From: a bacterium
GTDB lineage: Bacteria > SAR324 > NAC60-12
Assembly (NCBI GenBank): GCA_965209155.1
Contig: OZ242383.1
Coordinates: forward strand, 704,001 to 768,000
Length of the DNA: 64,000 bases
Reading direction: 5' to 3'
The notes under the pieces are model-generated. The model was not told where the DNA came from. It ran no database searches and saw nothing but the letters and a program-made list of their open reading frames with translations. Both the position numbers and the translations under genes were made by a program. Below are positions 50,606 to 59,969 of this stretch, in pieces (within the stretch, counting starts at the first letter, position 1; each line of letters starts with the position of its first letter).

Positions 50606-51079
50606 AAAAAGTCAGGGAGTAATTGAAATGGAAGTATTGGATTTGGCATTGCGATATATGGAAATATTTTATGCAGGGAGAAACGTCAACACATTGCGTC
50701 CCTTATTGGAGACGGTCAGAACCGTGGGCCAAAAGCTTGTACAAACCATTGGACACCACAAGGTACCTAATTTTTTCTGGGGCCATGGCCAGGGGAATCG
50801 GGGACCTGAAGATCGGCCCACTCCCAGATCCTGATGAGTGACTGGAGCGTTCCTTTGATCCATTTTGAAGAAATGACTCCAACTCTTGAAATAAATGGTG
50901 CGTTTATAAAAAATTGTAGTGCCAAGTGCTGAAGACTACACGCAAATGGGTTACCCTGATTTGTGGACGGAAAAGTGTTTTTTTTCTTGGAAATTCCTCT
51001 AATGAGTGACCCCGTTTTAGAATTGTTTTCTGCATCTGTGAGAGCAGGTAAGAGACCAAAATCAAAGAAGTAGTGACAT

Positions 51080-51472
51080 CTAAACGTTCTCATAGGAGAG
51101 TATATAGTGATGTCCACCAGACTCATCGACATCTATTGTCATTGATCCCTTAATACCTGTCATCTCCTCTATGCCCGTACCCGGTACAACTTCGAGGATG
51201 AGTGAATCCTTTCCATCTTCCATTTTGCCACAGTGCATGAGAGTGAATGCACCCTTCTTGCCATCAAGCTCGCCTTGAAATCGCTCAATGACGACATAGC
51301 CGCCGTTACCTTCTGCTGGTGAGCCTATACTGCTGAGCATCTCTCCATAACTATGTCCACTTAGTGCGCCATCAAAAGTCTTGTCTATTGTCATTCGAGC
51401 ACAACCCTCTTGGTTTTTAAAGAATTCTTTCGGTTTTAAATCTGGATTAAAAGTGCCTTTTGCTGTTTTCAT
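51080..51472 (-). CDS. DUF3224 family protein
   Basis: KTFDGALSG, GYVVIERFQGELDGKKGAFTL.H, VVPGTG motifs. Confidence 0.8.
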   Translation of the reverse strand: MKTAKGTFNPDLKPKEFFKNQEGCARMTIDKTFDGALSGHSYGEMLSSIGSPAEGNGGYVVIERFQGELDGKKGAFTLMHCGKMEDGKDSLILEVVPGTGIEEMTGIKGSMTIDVDESGGHHYILSYENV

Positions 51473-51731
51473 ATTGTTTCTTCCATGCTTGTTATATCCT
51501 AAGTTGAGCGATTCGTAATAAAAAAAGCTCCAAACCTTGGAAAAAATGTGTTATATTTCAGTGGCTAACACAAAAACATTCACAACATCTAACACATCCC
51601 AACAGGTAGAAATCTTTATGGAAAAAGATATAACAGTTCAGGATAAAAAGAAACAGATAATTGATACCATTCCGCCAACCACTGACTGGCGGACTTTCAT
51701 TTCTTCGCGTAAGAGGAAGATCTGGTAAAAA

Positions 51732-52681
51732 AGAGTCTGACTTGGAAGTTTGGAAAAGTAGCGTTATTATTTTCTTTAAATCGATTTGACTTTCCTTCTC
51801 GCTGGTTTCTGAAGATGGCTCGTCAACCACGACTTTACTATCCTGGCGCGCTTCCCCATGTGATACTTCTGGCAATAGAGGGCAACCCATTTTTTCAGTT
51901 CCCCGACTGTCGACCATTTTATGACTTGCTTCCAGAAGCTTCCCAACGCTTTGATCATCGAATTTACACCTTTATTTAATGAGCAATCCAACTTGTCCCT
52001 CCCGGTTCCCCTCCTCTTTGAGGACGGATCATTCATCAAGTGGCTCGAGTTTATCAACTACCGGAGCAGGAATTAACCCGAGTTCGACATAAAGCTTCAA
52101 TAATAGGAGTATCCAGGCGTATATGTCATTACGGGCGAAGACCCGGAATCCAGATTTCAGTCTGGCTGCCTACCTCTGGATTCCTGGTCAAGCCAGGAAG
52201 GACACAAAGGCTTACTGGATGCCTGGTCAAGCCAGGAAGGACACAAAGGCAGAATGGAGTCCTGCTCAAGCCAGGAAGGACACAAAGGCAGAATGGAGTC
52301 CTGCTCAAGCCAGGAAGGACACAAAGGCAGAATGGAGTCCTGCTCAAGCCAGGAAGGACACAAAGGCAGAATGGAGTCCTGCTCAAGCCAGGAAGGACAC
52401 AAAGGCAGAATGGATTCCTGGTCAAGCCAGGAATGACACGGTTCCTCTGCGGTTATGAAAGTCGAGTGAAGTCTGTACGATGATTGGCCTGTTGGCTTTC
52501 GATTGAAAGTCCGCCACGATTCGGGAGGTCGGAAACGTTTTCAATCGAGATGATTCGACGATCCGCTTTGCAGTGTACCGCTTGAGACGACGATTGAAGG
52601 AATCCGAGGGACTCCAAAATCAATCAGAGGAACTGAAACGGAAAATACTTGCTTGATAATACAAACTTTCAGGCCTGCCCC
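51732..52681 (+). mobile_element. Composite RAYT-derived element copy B (7 REP palindromes, 39-bp period, 52177-52439)
   Basis: Same ends and transposase remnants as copy A; ATG 51815. Confidence 0.8.
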
Positions 52682-52922
52682 CCTTCACGTCATCTCCCCG
52701 ATTGCGCACGGGCTGGAGACGGTACCTGCGTCGACGATTGGTTTTACCCCTCGAAGCGCCGGGCCATCATGGCAGAGCACAAGTGCTGACCCGGTAATCC
52801 GCTCCCCCAAGCGGCGATTGAAGAAATCTGCCGGGGCAGCGGTACAAAGTGGGTTCTTGTCTCAGGCAATCCAACGAATATTACTGCGCCTGGTGAAACG
52901 GTAATGTGTTCCGTGTAGCGGG

Positions 52923-54365
52923 TCAGCGACCGAAGACGATGTCTTCCCACACGGGAGCCTGGTTGGAACGGAGTCGCTTCAGGATGGCCAGCCTGCAAAT
53001 TTCCTGTCCGACTGTCAGAAGTCTCTCCGCGTTTTTCTTGACACGGCCGGAATGGACGGCGCCAGACGCGGCGGCATAGACGTTCTTGAGGGTATTGTAA
53101 CGCTGCCGCCTTTCCGCCGGGTTGCGACCCGTATACCAAGCCCCGTTGGTCGCCAGGCGGAAGGTCAACTCTGCACGGTTGCCTCCATCTAGGAACAGTG
53201 CTTCGAGAGCGGTCCTGAGGAATACCAGACGGTCGGCTGAATCCGGACGACGCGATTTGGACTTAAGCCAGTACTGGAAGGCGGTCTCCACACTGGGCGG
53301 CAGGTTACGCAATTCAGGCTGGAGCCGGATGGCTTTCCTGAGGTTATCTGCTGTCAACATCGAAACAGTGGCTGTTCGAGGGGTCGGCTCATTACTGCCG
53401 TAGTTGGAAGAGCTCAAATGCTGGCCGAAATGGGCATGGTCTCTGTAGTCAGTCCATATCATGGGAGTTTCGACCGCCACGTCGCATATGAGGGACAAGG
53501 CGCGTCTGAGCTCATAGATACCGCTGATAGACAGTGGCGACGTCACTTCGAAGTCTGCCGAATATTGCCAGGACTCGACTGGAGTACCGCCATGTTGTTC
53601 GGTGACTTTGGTGGGTTTCGACAAGACCGGAGCGATTTTACACGGGATGCGAAGTATTGTGCGATCCAGATAGTCCGACAGCGCGACACCAAATCTGGTG
53701 GGGAACCAGCCTTCTAGGTGATCGCTCTTGCGTGGCAGTCGCTCAACGGCTAGACCATTTGCGAGGGCAAAGGGAGAGTCTGCACATAACCGGCCGAGGA
53801 GGACGCGCGATTCGAATCCGAGGGGGGCGCCGCGAACCCAGCGTAGCACCTTGCTCGCCGTACGTCGCGGCGTGGTGAGGCAGGAGTCGACGACAAGATA
53901 GCTCCAAAGGTCAGCTGTTGCGGAGACGCCGACGGACTTTTCCATTAAATCGGATTGTAGAACAGTCGAACGGTGGCGTGTGGGGAGAACCGAGCCAAGG
54001 CCATGGGCAACGTGGCCTTCGGACAAGACTCCGAAGGTATCGAGCAGACGTTCGAAATCTTTGCGGCGGGTTATGCCTTCTGAGCTTCTGCAAAGCGCTT
54101 TCACCCGGATATCAGACCGGAATGATTGTCGCTTCCAGCTGTCTTCCTGGTGTAGCGACTTGAGGCCGTGGGCGTCGAGTTCCTCCTTGGAGGTCTCTTC
54201 GAGCGTGCTTTCGAACGTGCTGCTGGGGTGACCGCTGTAATCGCCAGGAACGAACTTGGTGTTGGCGTGTTCGACATGGGTCACAGAAAAGCGGGCGTCG
54301 CGGAGTTCGGCGCACAGGAGCCCGGTCAACGCGGAAGCTCTTTTCTTGTCATTGTTTGCATTCAT
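52923..54365 (-). CDS. Protein with C-terminal ApeA-like HEPN domain
   Basis: LRTALEALF..ELTFRLA..LKNVYAAASGAVHSG pattern; visibly GC-rich relative to flanks. Confidence 0.6.
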   Translation of the reverse strand: MNANNDKKRASALTGLLCAELRDARFSVTHVEHANTKFVPGDYSGHPSSTFESTLEETSKEELDAHGLKSLHQEDSWKRQSFRSDIRVKALCRSSEGITRRKDFERLLDTFGVLSEGHVAHGLGSVLPTRHRSTVLQSDLMEKSVGVSATADLWSYLVVDSCLTTPRRTASKVLRWVRGAPLGFESRVLLGRLCADSPFALANGLAVERLPRKSDHLEGWFPTRFGVALSDYLDRTILRIPCKIAPVLSKPTKVTEQHGGTPVESWQYSADFEVTSPLSISGIYELRRALSLICDVAVETPMIWTDYRDHAHFGQHLSSSNYGSNEPTPRTATVSMLTADNLRKAIRLQPELRNLPPSVETAFQYWLKSKSRRPDSADRLVFLRTALEALFLDGGNRAELTFRLATNGAWYTGRNPAERRQRYNTLKNVYAAASGAVHSGRVKKNAERLLTVGQEICRLAILKRLRSNQAPVWEDIVFGR

Positions 54366-54397
54366 ACTTCGAGTTCGCGGTAATTGCGAGTGTCTGG

Positions 54398-54441
54398 GTA
54401 TTCAGAGCAATTTGGACACCGATTCTGGTGGAAACTGGGAT
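54398..54441. mobile_element. Possible IS21-family terminal remnant
   Basis: GTATTCAGAGCAATTTGGACACCGATTCTGG resembles IS21-type ends as recalled; not searched. Confidence 0.35.
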
Positions 54442-54463
54442 TAGGGGGCTGACCTTCGATTAA

Positions 54464-54677
54464 GAACCTGTTTGAAATTAGTTGAGCTTCCTATTGGAAG
54501 TTTTCCATGTCACATTCATTTTGATAGAAATGAAGCCTTAATAAAAAGGAGTGAACATGGAACGTTCAGGTTATAACAGTGATGTCAGTGATAAACAATA
54601 GGAAAGACTTCAAGAGTACCTTCCCAAAATTTCAACTCGTAGAGCCCACCTTCATAAATGGGAACTACGAGTGTACC
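54464..54677 (+). pseudogene. IS5-family left end and truncated transposase
   Basis: End GAACCTGTTTGAAA; ATG 54557 MERSGYNSDVSDKQ*ERLQEYLP (YxSDxxDxxW motif with W->TAG); cut off by copy C. Confidence 0.65.
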
Positions 54678-55828
54678 AGATCAGGCTGGAAAGTTTGGAA
54701 AAGTAGCGTGATTGTATTATTCAAATCGATTTCACTATCCGTTTCACTTGTTTCAAAAGATGACGCGTTAACCACGCCTTTACTTTCCTGGTGCGCTTTA
54801 TCATGTGATACTTCGTGGCAATGGAGGGCAATCCATTTTTTTCAGTCCCCCCGACTATCGACCATTTTCTCTCTTGCTCCAAGAAGGTTCCCAATGCTTT
54901 GATCACCGGATTCACGCCTTTTGTTTAAAGAGCAATCATACATGTCCCTCCCGGTTCTCCTCCTCTTTGAGGACGGATTATTCATCATGTGGCTCGAGTT
55001 TATCAACTACCGGAGCAGGAATTAACCCGAGTTCGACATCAATCTTCAATGATAGGAGTATCCAGGCGTATATGTCATTACGGGCGAAGACCCGGAATCC
55101 AGATTTCAGTCTGACTGCATACCTCTGGATTCCTGGTCAAGCCAGGAATGACACAAAGGCTTACTGGATGCCTGGTCAAGCCAGGAAGGACACAAAGACA
55201 TACTGGATTCCTGCTCAAGCCAGGAAGGACACAAAAGCGTACTGGAGTCCTGATCGTAGCCAGGAAGGACACAAAGGCTTACTGGATGCCTGGTCAAGCC
55301 AGGAAGGACACAAAGACATACTGGATGCCTGGTCAAGCCAGGAAGGACACAAAGGCTTACTGGATGCCTGGTCAAGCCAGGAAGGACACAAAGGCAGAAT
55401 GGAGTCCTGATCAAGCCAGGAAGGACACAAAGGCAGAATGGAGTCCTGATCAAGCCAGGAAGGACACAAAGGCAGAATGGATTCCTGGTCTGAGCCAGGA
55501 ATGACACAAAGACATACTGGATTCCTGGTCTGAGCCAGGAATGACACAAAGACATATTGGATTCCTGGTCAAGCCAGGAATGACACGGTTCCTCTGCAGT
55601 CACGAAAGTCGAGTGAAGCCCGCGCAATGATTGGCCTGATGGCTTTCGATTGGAAGTCCGCAACGATTCGGGAGCTCGGGAAAGCTTTCAATTGAGAAGA
55701 TACGACGATCCGCTTTGCAGTGAACCGCTTGATACGACGATTGAAGGAATCCGAGGAGCTCCAAAATCAATTAGAGGAACTGAAACTTCAAATACTTGCT
55801 TGAAGTTCCAAACTTCCAAGCCTGACCC
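54678..55828 (+). mobile_element. Composite RAYT-derived element copy C (12 REP palindromes, 39-40-bp period, 55126-55586)
   Basis: ATG 54760; YHVILRGNGGQSIFF..HAFCLKSNH; C-terminal SEARAMIG..TIRELGKAFN*EDTTIRFAV; right end TTCCAAGCCTGACCC. Confidence 0.8.
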
Positions 55829-56072
55829 AAATTTGCATTTCTGATCGACGTCATCCAGAAACTCTCTTTAAAAATCGATTCTGCCAATTCAAGAGCTTGA
55901 AGTTTTCTGAGATTCAACTGACAAGACCGGATCTACGGGGGCTCGATGAATTGAGTTAATAATTTATGCGTTGGGATGCGGCCATCTTCAAAGTCAATGA
56001 AATAGTCCTTTTTCAGCTGACAAGAGACTATTGCTTCATGCTAAAAAATCGCTCTCTGTCGATTCTACGGAT

Positions 56073-56450
56073 TCAGGGTGCCCCGTTCATTTCAGCTGAG
56101 GCTGTTGAGAAAATCAAGCGTGGATGCAGGGATTTCATATCGAGGCGGGCATTGAAAACGTTGAACCGGGCAGGGATCTCCTCTGCCGATCCGTGGGGTC
56201 TCACTCGATATCGCATGGGACGGATCTGCCTCACTCCATTGCCCCAGACGATAACAGGAGCGAAATATCCCGGGTAAATGCGTGAATGATTTCCCTCTTC
56301 TTTAAAAAAAAAGAGAGGCGGGCTTCCTTTTCAAGCCGAGGGTTTCTTTGATGCCTGCCACATTCCGTTCCGTCTCAATTTGTTGCATGGACGAAAATTG
56401 ATCGAAAGCGTGAGGGTCGATCGACGCATGGATGCGTGCCGCCTGTTTTT
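56073..56450 (-). pseudogene. SRAP (DUF159/YedK-like) gene remnant
   Basis: Manual translation: LGLKRKP / frameshift in A9 tract 56304-56312 / RIYPGYFAPVIVW..IRPMRYRVRP..FNVFNARLD, then truncated. Confidence 0.55.
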
Positions 56451-56711
56451 TGAGGAACCCATGACGCTGAGGGTGGCCTCAGGCGGAGTTTATGACAAAG
56501 CATGGAAAATGAAGCAGTCTCATAAATCCCCGCGATAACTGTCCGGTTGGAACCAGATTCCCACGGTCGGCTGACGGCAAATTTCGTGGTTCCCTGCAGC
56601 AGTTCAGCAGGATCCCGGGGAACTCTCCCAAGGTCATTTGGAATTGAATTTCCTATAAGTTCGTTCTGAAATCGTGAACCTTGTACTGTCATCAAAACGG
56701 TAACTTCAGAT

Positions 56712-57071
56712 TGTCATACGGGTTCCGGATCAAGTCCGGCATGATCCGATATCCAGGGCTCGCGCTAGTTTCCTGGCTCGCTGCATACCTATGGATTCCT
56801 GTTTCCTGAACGCCGAATGCGCGTGAACGAATATAGCAGGGATAGATTTTGCAGGGACAAGCTTCGCAGGAATGACCGGGTTTTTCTAGGATACGAATAT
56901 TCATAACATATTGAAATTATTATATATTTATCTCATATTCAGGTTGGCTATACATTCCCACAAGCAACGATTTTGCGCTATAAGTGAAAAAATCTATTGG
57001 TAAAATTTGAGCTGAAAAGAAGATTCCATAACATATTGAAATTATTATATTTTTATCTCGAACTCAGGTTA
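56712..57071. repeat. REP-like palindromes plus two direct copies of the reverse MITE arm (56903-56946, 57028-57071)
   Basis: CATAACATATTGAAATTATTATAT..TTATCTCGAACTCAGGTT; reverse complement resembles 16647-16695. Confidence 0.7.
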
Positions 57072-57319
57072 GAAAATTAAATCCATCCCCCATAAAAAAC
57101 TATGCACTAAAATTTGATTTGAGAATAATTCTATTGGTAAAATTTGGGCATGAAAAAAGTCAGTGCATGAGATTCGAAATTATCTCAAGGCGCATGTTTT
57201 TTTCAGCATAGTAAGGACGCCAATTCACTTAATTATTGGATTGGGTCGAAAAACAAGGGAAGACAGAATGATTCGAGGATTCCCAGATAATATTAAAAAT
57301 TTTTTTAAAGGAATTTAAT

Positions 57320-57745
57320 ATGGCTAGACATTCTAAATTAACCCCGGAGCTACAAGATAAAATTTGTAAGGCGTTGAAACTTGGGCACCCCCTGAATACC
57401 GCGGCTCCGTTGGCCGGCGTGACCGTACGAACTGCGCATAGCTGGCTGGCGCGAGGGCGCAAGGAGGACAATCGAATCGCCGGGGGGGAAGCGGTGAACC
57501 AAGACGAAGCAATTTACCTGGATTTTCTGATTGCGACCGGAGAAGCGACGTCGCATGCAGTGGACAGGGTCCTACAGAATTTGGCAGCCGAGGCTGACCA
57601 AAACCCCAAGGTGTCGCAATGGTTATTGTCCCACTATCTCTCCGGAAGCCGGGTAAAGTCCGAAGAGATGGAAGAACGGATTGCGACTTTGGAAGCATCT
57701 ATGAATGAAGCTTTTGAGGAGAAGGAGGAAAATAAAAATGGATAA
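57320..57745 (+). CDS. Phage-like HTH protein (terminase small subunit-like)
   Basis: SKLTPELQDKIC..G....AAPLAGVTVRTAHSWLARG N-terminus; AAGGA RBS. Confidence 0.5.
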   Translation: MARHSKLTPELQDKICKALKLGHPLNTAAPLAGVTVRTAHSWLARGRKEDNRIAGGEAVNQDEAIYLDFLIATGEATSHAVDRVLQNLAAEADQNPKVSQWLLSHYLSGSRVKSEEMEERIATLEASMNEAFEEKEENKNG

Positions 57746-58229
57746 AATTCGTGAATTCTCGAAGCGCTTAAAAATTCTGGAAAGCAATATGAAGATATTG
57801 ACAGAACCGGAACACATAACTTGTACTGTAAAAAGGTGCTTCCACGCCGAGGTCGAGTGCGCTTGTAACTGCGGAAAACATGGTGTGGTGCGTGTAGAAA
57901 AGTTTTGGGAGAGACCGGGAAATAGCGTTTGCAAGCATTTTCACAAACCCCCTAAAATACCTTGCGGTTGCTTGAGCATGGAAGAAATAAGAAGTATAGA
58001 TGGCTATTCTAATATTTTAAAAACAAAGTGGCCTTCAGACGATGGGAATATGTTGCAAAGGGTACCGGGTCTATTCAGATTTGATTGCAATCAAGGGTTT
58101 GATAAATTTGAGCTATATAGAAGGGGTAATCTTATTATTAAATTGAATGGGAATACTATAAAAACTGAAAAAACAATTGCTGAGATTCCCTATGAAAGCC
58201 TTTTGGCACGCTTCGGCGTGAGTCCGTAG
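57738..58229 (+). CDS. Hypothetical Cys-rich protein
   Basis: AAGGAGG RBS, start overlaps upstream gene; multiple Cys/His clusters. Confidence 0.55.
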   Translation: MDKIREFSKRLKILESNMKILTEPEHITCTVKRCFHAEVECACNCGKHGVVRVEKFWERPGNSVCKHFHKPPKIPCGCLSMEEIRSIDGYSNILKTKWPSDDGNMLQRVPGLFRFDCNQGFDKFELYRRGNLIIKLNGNTIKTEKTIAEIPYESLLARFGVSP

Positions 58230-58241
58230 ATATCCCTCCAT

Positions 58242-59690
58242 GTCATTCCCGCGAAACTTGTCCCTGCGAAACTTGTCCCTGCGAAAGCAGGGAGCAGGGA
58301 GCGGGGAGTAGGAATCCAGTGTATCGAAATGGCCCCTGGATTCCGGGTCTGCGCCCGGAATGACACGCTTAAGCAATTTAGAAGACGTGGTCAGATTTTT
58401 TAGATCGAGTGAAGAAACTGAAGAAATGATAGCCAGTTTTCAATAATATGAATGTTCTGCTACAATTCGGCGAAAGTGCGTAGATCCCCTGGATTCCGGG
58501 TCTATGCCCGGAATGACACGTTTTAGACTTCGTGTTTTTCGCCCGGAATGACACGCTCCTGGCTTCGTGTTTTTCGCCCGGAATGACACGCTTTTGGATT
58601 GGTGTTTTTCGCCCGGAATGACAGCCTTAAGCTATTTTGAGGAAGTGGTCAGATTTTTTAGATCGAGTGAAGAAACTGAAGAAACGATAGCCAGTTTTCA
58701 ATAATATGAATGTTCTGCTACAATTCGGCGAAAGTGCGTAAATCCCCTGGATTCCGGGTCTATGCCCGGAATGACACAATCCTGGATTGCGGGTCTTTGC
58801 TTGGAATGACACAATCCTGGATTCCGGGTCTGCGCCCGGAACGACACGCTTTTGGATTGGTGTTTTTCGGCCAGAATGACAGCCTTAAGATATTTTGAGG
58901 AGGTGGTCAGATTTTTTAGATAGAGTGAAGAAACTGAAGAAATGATAGCCAGTTTTCAATAATATGAATGTTCTGCTACAATTCGGCGAAAGTGCGTAAA
59001 TCCCCTGGATTGCGGGTCTTTGCTTGGAATGACACGCTTTTGGATTGGTGTTTTTCGGACGGAATGACAGCCTTAAGATATTTTGAGGAGGTGGTCAGAT
59101 TTTTTAGATAGAGTGAAGAAACTGAAGAAATGATAGCCAGTTTTCAATAATATGAATGTTCTGCTACAATTCGGCGAAAGTGCGTAGATCCCCTGGATTC
59201 CGGGTCTGCGCACGGAATGACACAATATTGAATTCTGGATCTTTGCCCGGAATGACACAATCCTGGATTGCGGGTCTTTGCTTGGAATGACACGCTTTTG
59301 GATTGGTGTTTTTCGGACGGAATGACACGCTCTTGGAATGATGTTTTTCGCTTGGAATGGCAGCCTATTGCTGTTTTGAAGAGGCGATCAGATTTTTTAG
59401 ATAGAGTGAAGAAACTGAAGAAATAATAGCCAGTTTTCTATAATATGAATGTTCTGCTACAATTCGGCGAAAGTGCGTAGATCCCCTGGATTCCGGGTCT
59501 GCGCACGGAATGACACAATCTTGGAATGATGTTTTTCGCCGGAAATGACACGTTACTGGCTTCGTGTTTTACGGCCGGAATGACACGCTTTTGGATTGGT
59601 GTTTTTTAGCTTGGAATGACAGCCTTAAGCTATTTTGAGGAGGTGGTCAGATTTTCAGATGGAGTGAAGAAACTGAAGAAATATCAGGCA
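58242..59690 (+). repeat. Higher-order tandem repeat: ~118-bp conserved block + variable number of ~35-bp REP-like hairpin units
   Basis: Block anchor GTGGTCAGATTTT at 58387, 58645, 58903, 59091, 59384, 59643 (periods 258, 258, 188, 293, 259). Confidence 0.92.
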
Positions 59691-59724
59691 ATATTCCCTA
59701 TAATTTTATCTTGACCACTTTTTA

Positions 59725-59929
59725 GAACCTGTTTGAAATAAGGCGAACTCTCTCATCGATTTTTATCATCTCTGTGATTATCTTGGTGCAGCCTGCCAAG
59801 CCGCTTTTGAAGACGACTCTTCGGCCCTGAAAAAACAGAAACAAACCATGAAAAGTTGAGTTTCCTCTTGGATATCTCGTTATGATTTGCTTGATGTTAA
59901 AGAGAAATAAATGACTTTCAAACAGGTGC
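59725..59929. mobile_element. 205-bp MITE with IS5-like terminal inverted repeats and TTA target duplication
   Basis: TTA|GAACCTGTTTGAAA ... TTTCAAACAGGTGC|TTA; same end as at 54464 and 49085. Confidence 0.75.
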
Positions 59930-59969
59930 TTATAGTGGAAAAAACCTTTATTTGACTTTACCCCGACAA

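Noticed and set aside
50623..50841. Short ORFs after the DUF2231-like gene
   Set aside because: They look like fused gene fragments (possibly a SnoaL-like N-terminus); not supportable as an intact gene.
52177..52439. CRISPR array (also 55126-55586 and 58242-59690)
   Set aside because: Inter-palindrome segments are ~10 bp and repeated rather than unique spacers, and there are no cas genes; these are REP-like tandem repeats.
52040..52483. 13-aa repeat proteins predicted over the REP arrays (also 55106-55663)
   Set aside because: Open frames on both strands arise from the 39-bp period; there is no RBS or protein-family signal.
49962..54677. Integron cassette array
   Set aside because: No integron integrase and no attC R''/R' boxes recognised.
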